From: Bacteroidota bacterium
GTDB lineage: Bacteria; Bacteroidota; Bacteroidia; Palsa-948
Assembly: GCA_016213405.1 (NCBI GenBank)
Contig: JACRAM010000057.1
Location: 27,773 to 91,772, forward strand
DNA length: 64,000 nucleotides
Direction of reading: 5' to 3'
How positions within the stretch are numbered: position 1 is the stretch's first letter; every line of letters starts with the position of its first letter. Below the pieces are notes generated by a model. The model did no database searches and was not told the DNA's origin. It was given only the letters and a program-made list of their open reading frames with translations. The position numbers were made by a program, and so were the translations under genes. Positions 49,464 through 56,759 of the stretch are shown one piece after another.

Positions 49464-50201
49464 TTAATTCAATCCCCGCTTCTTCTTAATATTCTCATAG
49501 GCTTCCTGCACCTTTTTAAATTTTTCGGTTGCCGAGCGCTGAACTTCTTCGCCTTCCTGTGCCACTTTATCGGGATGAAACTTGAGCGCCATCTTGCGGT
49601 ATGCCTTTTTTATTTCTTCATCGGTTGCCTTTTCATCCGTTTCAAGAATTTTGTAATCGCTGGTTGCATCGCGGTAATACATCGCCTTGATGGAATGCAT
49701 GTCGGCAGAATTAATTCCCATGTAATAGGCAATCTGTTCGATGGTAGAAATTTCGGCAGGGTGAATGGTTCCGTCAGCGTTGGAAAGTCCGTAGAGATAA
49801 TGAATGAGCTGCAGGCGCGAAGCAATGGGCATGAACTGTTTTATCTGTGCGCACACTTCGCGAATATCAATATCGCGCTTGAGAATTTCTTTGAGCAGAA
49901 GCATGTCGGCATTTGCTTTTGCTTCTCCGAACTGCCGGACGAAAAACCTTCTAACAAACTCCAACTCTGATTTCATTACAGCGCCATCGCTTTTCATCAC
50001 TGCGCCTGAAAGCACAAGAAGGGAAGCGGTGAAATCATTCACGGTGGCGGAAGCATAGGATGATGAAGTGGTTGTTCTTCCGCGCGTAACGGTTACTTCG
50101 CTTTCATCCAGCAAGGAGCCGAGTCCAAATCCAATGAGCGCTCCTATGGGTCCGCCAAGCGCCCAACCGAGTCCTCCACCTAACCATTTTCCAAAAGCCA
50201 T
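49464..50201 (-). CDS. djlA: TerB-like + DnaJ-domain co-chaperone (DjlA-like)
   Basis: GGGLGWALGGPIG N-terminus, TerB-like DG motifs, J-domain HPD. Confidence 0.8.
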   Translation of the reverse strand: MAFGKWLGGGLGWALGGPIGALIGFGLGSLLDESEVTVTRGRTTTSSSYASATVNDFTASLLVLSGAVMKSDGAVMKSELEFVRRFFVRQFGEAKANADMLLLKEILKRDIDIREVCAQIKQFMPIASRLQLIHYLYGLSNADGTIHPAEISTIEQIAYYMGINSADMHSIKAMYYRDATSDYKILETDEKATDEEIKKAYRKMALKFHPDKVAQEGEEVQRSATEKFKKVQEAYENIKKKRGLN

Positions 50202-50353
50202 TTTCAGTCTGTAAATAAGCTCCAAAGGAGTTCCTTCGGGAGAAAGCGAATGTACGAAACTCCTTTTCTCACTATGGTAAATTAAATTATCTTTGCGTCC
50301 CTTTTACCCGTAGGAAAATTTTCAACAGGTTTAACAGTAAATAAAAAATTCAA

Positions 50354-50914
50354 ATGGATACCACACAAGACATCAGCCTCGGCTCGGTGATCCGCTACAA
50401 CGGAGACCTTTGCCAGATAACCGAATTACAGCACCGCACACCGGGAAATAAACGTGCGTTCGTTCAGGTAAGAATGCGCAACCTCCGCACAGGAAAAACA
50501 CTTGACCAGCGCTACCGTTCTGGCGAACAACTTGAGATCGCGCGCCTCGAATATAAAATGATGCAATACCTCTATCCCGAAGGTGAAACGCTTGTTTGCA
50601 TGGATCCGATTACGTTTGAACAGATTTATGTTCCGAAAATGCTTTTCGGTGAAGGCACAAAGTTTCTGAAAGAGAACATGGAAGTGAAAATCGGAATTGA
50701 AAGCGATATTGCCATTTATGCCGAACCACCCACTTTTGTTGAAGTGGAAATCACTCACACCGAACCCGGAGTGAAAGGCAACACCGCCACCAACGCAATG
50801 AAACCTGCCACGGTTGAAACAGGCGCAACGGTTAACGTTCCTTTGTTCGTGAATCAAGGTGACAAAATCCGCATTGACACACGCACGAGCGAATATGTGG
50901 AGAGGGTAAAATAA
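50354..50914 (+). CDS. efp: Elongation factor P
   Basis: TPGN loop, YLY, PGVKGNTA..KPATVETG...VPLFV..GD.I.IDTR..EYVER. Confidence 0.95.
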   Translation: MDTTQDISLGSVIRYNGDLCQITELQHRTPGNKRAFVQVRMRNLRTGKTLDQRYRSGEQLEIARLEYKMMQYLYPEGETLVCMDPITFEQIYVPKMLFGEGTKFLKENMEVKIGIESDIAIYAEPPTFVEVEITHTEPGVKGNTATNAMKPATVETGATVNVPLFVNQGDKIRIDTRTSEYVERVK

Positions 50915-50918
50915 TTTT

Positions 50919-51185
50919 TGGGCGCGTCCCTTCGGGTCACGCTTTCCGCTTCAATCGTTCGCGCAACAGCCACATGTCACTCCTACGGAGTTTAAATATT
51001 TTTTCGGAATGTATTTCTATTAACATATCGCTCCTGCGGAGCGAAGAAAATACAAATGCAAAATTTTATGGCTGTGCTTCCCCGTAGGGGAAAATGTTAA
51101 TAGCCCCGACCTTTAGGACGGGGGCAATTGCGCCACCACACAAACTCCCCTCTCCTGTTTTAGGAGAGGGTTTGGGGGTGAGGTC
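50919..51185. repeat. Composite stack of several REP-like hairpin families
   Basis: CCCttcGGG; CTCCtacGGAG; GCTCCtgcGGAGC; TTCCCCgtaGGGGAA; GCCCCG..CCTttAGG..CGGGG; CCTCTCCT...AGGAGAGG. Confidence 0.8.
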
Positions 51186-51208
51186 TATTTACTTTTATCT
51201 TTGCATTG

Positions 51209-52465
51209 ATGACCACTCCTTGGATTATAGTTTTAGTAATGCTAGTCCTCTCTGCATTTTTTTCAGGACTTGAAATCGCTTTTCTCACCGCCAACAAATT
51301 ACGGATTGAATTAATGAGCAAGCGAAATATTTTTCCTGCACAGATTCTCTCTTACTTCATAAAAAATTCTTCGCATTACATCAGTACCATGTTGGTAGGA
51401 AATTGCATTTCACTCGTAGTGTTCAGTATCTTCATGGCTCAGATTCTCCAACCGCATTTGATACAATACATTCAGTCTCCGATATTAATTCTTCTGCTAA
51501 CAACCGTTCTCTCCACAATTTTTATTCTTGTCACGGCTGAGTTTCTCCCCAAAAACCTTTTCAGAATAAATCCAAACCGAACGCTTTCCGTGTTTGCCGT
51601 TCCACTAATGCTCGTTTATCTGGCTTTGTTCCCGATCGTTTTCATCACCAATAAAATCGCTCGTTTCATTCTTACTTTTTTTCTCGGAACAAAATTCCCC
51701 GAGAAGAAACTTGCCTTCGGAAGAATTGACCTGCACCATTACATTCAGGAAAGCACTTCGCCAAACGTGGAGAGGAAGGAATTAGAAAACGAAGTGAAGA
51801 TATTTAAACGCGCCATGGGTTTTTCAAAAGTAAAAGCCCGCGACTGCATGATTCCAAGAACAGAAATCGTTGCAGTGAATGTGGAAGATTCGGTGGAAGA
51901 ACTTAAAAAAACTTTTATTGAAACCCGCCTCTCAAAAATTCTTGTCTTCCGCGACAGCGTGGATAATATCATCGGCTATACACACTCGTATGAAATCTTC
52001 AAGAAGCCGGAAAACATTTTATCGGTGCTTCTTCCTGTGATAATTGTTCCCGAATCCATGTCAGCAAACGAAGTGCTCACGCTTTTCATTCAACAACACA
52101 AGAGCGTTGCGCTGGTGGTAGATGAGTTTGGGGGAACATCGGGCATGCTCACGATGGAAGATATCATTGAAGAAATTTTCGGAGAGATCGAGGACGAGCA
52201 CGACAAAGATGAAATGGTGGAGAAGCAAATATCCGAGAATGAATTTGTTTTTTCAGGCCGGCACGAAATTGATTTCCTGAATGAAAAATACAAGTTGAGT
52301 TTACCGCAATCGGATGAATACACTACACTTGCAGGATTAATTCTTCACATCCGTCAGAGCCTTCCGAAAAATAATGAGATTGTGGTGATAAGTCCGTATG
52401 TTTTCAAAATCATCAGTACTTCAGATACTATGATTGAACAGGTTCAAGTGAAAATTCTCGACTAA
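51209..52465 (+). CDS. HlyC/CorC (CNNM-CBS-CorC) family transporter
   Basis: SAFFSGLEIA, AEFLPK, MIPRTEI, VVDEFGGTSG..T.EDIIEEIFGEIEDEHD. Confidence 0.9.
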   Translation: MTTPWIIVLVMLVLSAFFSGLEIAFLTANKLRIELMSKRNIFPAQILSYFIKNSSHYISTMLVGNCISLVVFSIFMAQILQPHLIQYIQSPILILLLTTVLSTIFILVTAEFLPKNLFRINPNRTLSVFAVPLMLVYLALFPIVFITNKIARFILTFFLGTKFPEKKLAFGRIDLHHYIQESTSPNVERKELENEVKIFKRAMGFSKVKARDCMIPRTEIVAVNVEDSVEELKKTFIETRLSKILVFRDSVDNIIGYTHSYEIFKKPENILSVLLPVIIVPESMSANEVLTLFIQQHKSVALVVDEFGGTSGMLTMEDIIEEIFGEIEDEHDKDEMVEKQISENEFVFSGRHEIDFLNEKYKLSLPQSDEYTTLAGLILHIRQSLPKNNEIVVISPYVFKIISTSDTMIEQVQVKILD

Positions 52466-52508
52466 AATATTTTTCCAAAACAATCTTTTCATTCCAAACA
52501 GCAGACCT

Positions 52509-52655
52509 ATGTTAAAATTACTTCCTCCTAAAAAGAATCTAAGAATAATTCTCTGCTTTTCTTTCCTGATTACTTGTCTTGTATTTTCTTCCTGTCACAC
52601 TCACAGAAAATGCAATGGAAAAAAAGCCATCATGACACCGATGGGACCGATGTAA
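52509..52655 (+). CDS. Small 48-aa lipoprotein (not in the ORF track)
   Basis: Hand translation MLKLLPPKKNLRIILCFSFLITCLVFSS|CHTHRKCNGKKAIMTPMGPM*. Confidence 0.6.
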   Translation: MLKLLPPKKNLRIILCFSFLITCLVFSSCHTHRKCNGKKAIMTPMGPM

Positions 52656-52660
52656 AAATT

Positions 52661-52739
52661 GTGATTTCGACCAAAGCGAGCAGTCTCCTCAAGTGAAGCA
52701 GAAATTATAAGAAGATTCTTCGCTTTGCTCAGACTGACA
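52661..52739. repeat. Degenerate REP-like inverted pair
   Basis: GTGATTTCGACCAAAGCGAG ... TTCTTCGCTTTGCTCAGACTGACA; same ...GCTCnnnnTGACA end as the GIY-YIG flanks. Confidence 0.5.
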
Positions 52740-52787
52740 ATTTACCTTCATTCGTATATTCGCAAACCTTAATTCGTTATTCGAAAA

Positions 52788-54173
52788 ATGAAAGTTTTAA
52801 AATTCGGTGGGACATCGCTTGGATCGGCAGAACGGATGAAAAATCTTGTTCAGCTTATCGTGAATGATGAGCCAAAGATTGTTGTTCTTTCTGCCATGAG
52901 CGGAACCACCAATGCATTGGTTGAAATCGCAAATGCACTTTACGAAAGAGAAAACAACAAAGCAAAGCAGCTCATTGACGCACTGGAAAAAAAATACGAA
53001 TTAGTTCTGAAAGAACTTTATTCAAAAGAATCTTCGCTTAACAAAGGAAAAGAGCTAGTAAAGAATCATTTTGAGTTTATCCGCTCTTTCACGCTGGATA
53101 TGTTCACCGCGAATGAGGAAAAAGCCATTCTCGCGCAGGGTGAACTTCTTTCCACCGCTATGGAACATTTTTATCTGGAAGAAATCGGGGTTGATTCTGT
53201 TCTGCTTCCTGCACTCAACTTTATGCGTATTGACGAGAACGATGAACCGGATCTGAAATACATTGAAGAGAACTTAAAAGCGGAATTAAAGAAATACCAA
53301 GCCCTACCTAAATCCTCCCCATCGGGGAGGACTTCAGAAAATACTCCCTCCCTAACGGGGAGGGTTGGGGAGGGGCTCTTATTTATCACACAGGGATATA
53401 TCTGCCGAAATGCATTCGGAGAAATTGATAATCTGAAACGTGGCGGAAGCGATTACACTGCAACGCTCATCGGTGCAGCACTTACTGCGGAAGAAATTCA
53501 AATCTGGACAGATATTGACGGCATGCACAACAATGACCCACGCATTGTTGACAAAACTTTTCCCGTCACTGATTTGTCATTTGAAGAAGCGGCAGAGCTT
53601 GCATATTTTGGAGCGAAGATTCTTCATCCTACCTGCGTAATTCCTGCAAAGAAGAGGAATGTTCCTGTTCGATTGCTGAACACAATGGAACCAAATGCAA
53701 AAGGAACGGTCATAACAAAAAAATCCCCGGGCGATAGAATCACGGCAGTTGCAGCCAAAGACGGAATCATCGCCATCAATATTAAATCTGCTCGAATGCT
53801 TTTAGCTTATGGGTTCCTGAGAAGCGTATTTGAAATTTTTGAGCGCTACAAAACTCCGATCGATATGATTACTACTTCGGAGGTAGCAGTATCGGTTACA
53901 ATTGATAACGACAAAAACTTAGAAGCTATTCTGAAAGAGCTGAAAGAATTTTGTTCTGTTGAAACAGATAAAGACCAAACTATTATTTGCATTGTAGGAA
54001 GTTTCACTGCAGAAAAACAAGGTGTAGCAGTAAAAATTTTTGCTGCGCTATCAACTATTCCTCTGAGAATGATTTCGTATGGCGGCAGCGAGAACAATGT
54101 TTCGGTGCTGGTGGAATCAAAATATAAAAAGGATGCGCTGGTTGCGCTTAATAAAGGATTGTTCAACTTATAA
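52788..54173 (+). CDS. lysC: Aspartate kinase (with in-frame palindromic insertion)
   Basis: KFGGTS, VLSAM.GTT, RGGSDYTA, WTDIDG, ELAYFGAKILHP, ACT domains. Confidence 0.95.
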   Translation: MKVLKFGGTSLGSAERMKNLVQLIVNDEPKIVVLSAMSGTTNALVEIANALYERENNKAKQLIDALEKKYELVLKELYSKESSLNKGKELVKNHFEFIRSFTLDMFTANEEKAILAQGELLSTAMEHFYLEEIGVDSVLLPALNFMRIDENDEPDLKYIEENLKAELKKYQALPKSSPSGRTSENTPSLTGRVGEGLLFITQGYICRNAFGEIDNLKRGGSDYTATLIGAALTAEEIQIWTDIDGMHNNDPRIVDKTFPVTDLSFEEAAELAYFGAKILHPTCVIPAKKRNVPVRLLNTMEPNAKGTVITKKSPGDRITAVAAKDGIIAINIKSARMLLAYGFLRSVFEIFERYKTPIDMITTSEVAVSVTIDNDKNLEAILKELKEFCSVETDKDQTIICIVGSFTAEKQGVAVKIFAALSTIPLRMISYGGSENNVSVLVESKYKKDALVALNKGLFNL

Positions 54174-54177
54174 TGTA

Positions 54178-54732
54178 TTAACCCCATGCTTCAGCATGGG
54201 GGATAAAAACGGAAAACAAAAAGGGCTTTAGCCCTGAATTGAAAACGAGAATGTCATTTGTAAAAATATGGGTGCATGCAGTATGGGGTACTAAAAACCG
54301 TACTCCTGTTCTTTCGAAAGAGATTCGAATGAAATTGTTTCAGCACATAAGAGAAAATGCAAAGGAAAAAGAAATCTATATTGATTTTATTAATGGACAT
54401 CTTGACCATGTTCATTGTTTGCTTGCATTGAATGCCGAAATGAGCATTTCAAAAGCAATTCAATTGCTTAAAGGCGAATCAGCATTCTGGGCAAACAAAA
54501 ATAAATTAACAGAAGCAAAATTAGAGTGGGCAGACGAATACTTCGCTGTTTCCGTCAGCGAATCTTTGATTGACAAAGTCAGAGATTACATAAAAAATCA
54601 GGAACAACATCATGCAAAAATTACATTCATGCAGGAGTATGAAAATTTTATGCAGAAATATGAATTTATAAATCATGGCTAAAGCCCTTTTAATACGATT
54701 ATGATATACTCCACACTTAAGTGCGGAGTTAA
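54178..54732 (+). mobile_element. IS200-like/REP-associated Y1 transposase element with mirrored flanks
   Basis: Left CCCCATGCTtcAGCATGGGG + AGGGCTTTAGCCCT; right GGCTAAAGCCCT + ACTCCACACTtaAGTGCGGAGT; lies between lysC and lysA. Confidence 0.8.
54251..54682 (+). CDS. tnpA: IS200/IS605-family HUH (Y1) transposase TnpA / RAYT-like
   Basis: H.VWGTKNR, HUH motif DHVH, KGES, W...YFAVSVS, catalytic YIKNQEQHH. Confidence 0.92.
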   Translation: MSFVKIWVHAVWGTKNRTPVLSKEIRMKLFQHIRENAKEKEIYIDFINGHLDHVHCLLALNAEMSISKAIQLLKGESAFWANKNKLTEAKLEWADEYFAVSVSESLIDKVRDYIKNQEQHHAKITFMQEYENFMQKYEFINHG

Positions 54733-54738
54733 AACAAA

Positions 54739-55926
54739 ATGTTCAGCAAAGAAACCATACAAAAATTCCAGAGCACTCCTACTCCATTTTATTATTATGA
54801 TTTGGATTTGCTGAATCGTACCATTGAAGCACTGAAAAAAGAATCGGAGAAATATAGCTACCACATTCATTACGCTCTCAAAGCAAATGCGAATGATGAA
54901 ATACTTTCTGTGATTAAAAAATCAGGATTAGGTGCAGACTGCGTGAGCGGAAATGAGGTGAAGAAAGCCAGCGAACACAAGTTTGAAAAAATATTTTTTG
55001 CAGGAGTCGGAAAAAGCGATGAAGAAATAAATACCGCACTGGATTGCAACATTACTTGTTTCAATTGTGAAAGTTTGCAGGAGATTGAAGTAATAAATGA
55101 ACTTGCGAAGAAAAAAAGCAAAATCGCGCAAATCGCTTTCCGCATAAATCCGAATGTGAACGCGAATACGCATAAATACATTACTACAGGATTGGAAGAA
55201 AATAAATTCGGAATTAATATCTGGGAACTGGAAGAAGTGGTGAAGAGAACACAGCAACTGAAGAATATAAAAATTTCAGGAATTCATTTTCACATCGGGT
55301 CGCAGATTACGGATTTGAGCGCATTCAAATCACTTTGCTTGCGCGCGAATGAAATTCAGAGTTGGTTTGTGAGTCACAAGGTTTCATTGGAACATATAAA
55401 TGTCGGAGGCGGTCTAGGTGTGGATTACCACTACCCCGACAAAAATTCAATACCTGATTTTTCTTCTTACTTTGGCTTGTTCAAACAATTTTTAGAACTA
55501 CGCCCGAAACAAATTCTCCATTTTGAAATCGGCAGAGCCATTGTGGCACAATGCGGAAGCTTGATTTCAAAAGTGCTCTATGTAAAAAAAGGAGTGAGCA
55601 CAAGTTTTGTAATTCTTGATGCAGGAATGACAGAATTGATTCGTCCTGCACTGTATCAATCGTATCACAAAATACAGAAGTTAGGAGTTGGGGGTTCGGA
55701 GTTGGGAGCAACAGCCAACTCCTCCGAACTCCACACTCCACACTCCGCACTAATGAAATATGATGTGGTGGGTCCCATCTGCGAATCATCCGACTGTTTT
55801 GGCAAAGCGGTAATGCTTCCTGAAACAAAGCGTGGGGATTTAGTTGCTATCCGTACAACTGGCGCGTACGGTGAAGTAATGGCTTCGCAATATAATTTAA
55901 GAGAGAAGGTGAAGGCATTTTATTAG
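54739..55926 (+). CDS. lysA: Diaminopimelate decarboxylase (with in-frame repeat insertion)
   Basis: YALKAN, HFHIGSQI, GGGLG, E.GR, GPICESSD, GAYG..MASQYN. Confidence 0.95.
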   Translation: MFSKETIQKFQSTPTPFYYYDLDLLNRTIEALKKESEKYSYHIHYALKANANDEILSVIKKSGLGADCVSGNEVKKASEHKFEKIFFAGVGKSDEEINTALDCNITCFNCESLQEIEVINELAKKKSKIAQIAFRINPNVNANTHKYITTGLEENKFGINIWELEEVVKRTQQLKNIKISGIHFHIGSQITDLSAFKSLCLRANEIQSWFVSHKVSLEHINVGGGLGVDYHYPDKNSIPDFSSYFGLFKQFLELRPKQILHFEIGRAIVAQCGSLISKVLYVKKGVSTSFVILDAGMTELIRPALYQSYHKIQKLGVGGSELGATANSSELHTPHSALMKYDVVGPICESSDCFGKAVMLPETKRGDLVAIRTTGAYGEVMASQYNLREKVKAFY

Positions 55927-56588
55927 TGTTTCAGCTTTCCTTTGAAAACTTTCTGAAACTTTTCCACTTTGGGTTTTATCACAAACTGGCAGTAAGATTC
56001 TTCACCGTTATTATTGTAATAGTTTGAATGATAATCTTCAGCTTTGTAAAAAACAGTGAATGGTGAAATTTCTGTTACTACAGGAGAATTATAAACCTTT
56101 TCATCGTTCAGTTTTTTCTTGTAGAGTTCGGCAAGTTTTTTCTGATTTTCGTTGTGATAAAAAATTGCAGAACGGTACTGTGTGCCGATATCGTTACCCT
56201 GCCTGTTCAATTGCGTAGGGTCATGCGTTTGCCAAAAAGCGTACAGCATTTCTTCGTAAGAAATTTTTTTCGAATCAAAAACAATATTGCAAACCTCAGC
56301 ATGTCCGGTATTTCCGTTGCAGACTTCTTTATAAGAAGGATTCTTAATGCTTCCACCAGAAAATCCTGACTCCACTTTCACCACACCGTCAAGCATCTGA
56401 AATTGCGCTTCCACACACCAGAAACATCCGGCACCGAATGTTGCGGTGTCAAGATTTGAAGCTTGAGATTTAGCGGTAGTTGTTGAATCAGTTTTTGTTT
56501 CCATAGTTGGTACTTCTTTATTTTGATTCTGCACGCAGGAAGTAAGAGAAATGATTCCCATCACTGCGTTAAAAAAATTTGATTTCAT
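55923..56588 (-). CDS. msrA: Peptide-methionine (S)-S-oxide reductase, lipoprotein
   Basis: GCFWC, GHAEV, RQGNDIGTQYRS, AEDYH; lipobox LTS|C. Confidence 0.95.
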   Translation of the reverse strand: MKSNFFNAVMGIISLTSCVQNQNKEVPTMETKTDSTTTAKSQASNLDTATFGAGCFWCVEAQFQMLDGVVKVESGFSGGSIKNPSYKEVCNGNTGHAEVCNIVFDSKKISYEEMLYAFWQTHDPTQLNRQGNDIGTQYRSAIFYHNENQKKLAELYKKKLNDEKVYNSPVVTEISPFTVFYKAEDYHSNYYNNNGEESYCQFVIKPKVEKFQKVFKGKLKH

Positions 56589-56759
56589 AAATTGAATTTT
56601 AAAGGTAGAAATGTTTTCAATAGTTATTACTTTCTATTCAGAGAAAAGGTTTCGTTAAATATTGTTAAACAACCGAGATTCAGACGAAAAAAAACACGAA
56701 TGCAAACGGATAAATCTGTCTAAATCTTTCTTCGTATTATTGCGTTCCGAATCATCTAT

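Noticed and set aside
50919..51185. tRNA or riboswitch after efp
   Set aside because: No cloverleaf/T-loop consensus or recognisable aptamer; it resolves into dispersed hairpin repeats. An Rfam search was not run.
52656..52787. Lysine riboswitch upstream of lysC
   Set aside because: Too short, no L-box consensus visible, and a -7-like box (TATATTCG) lies about 30 nt before the ATG.
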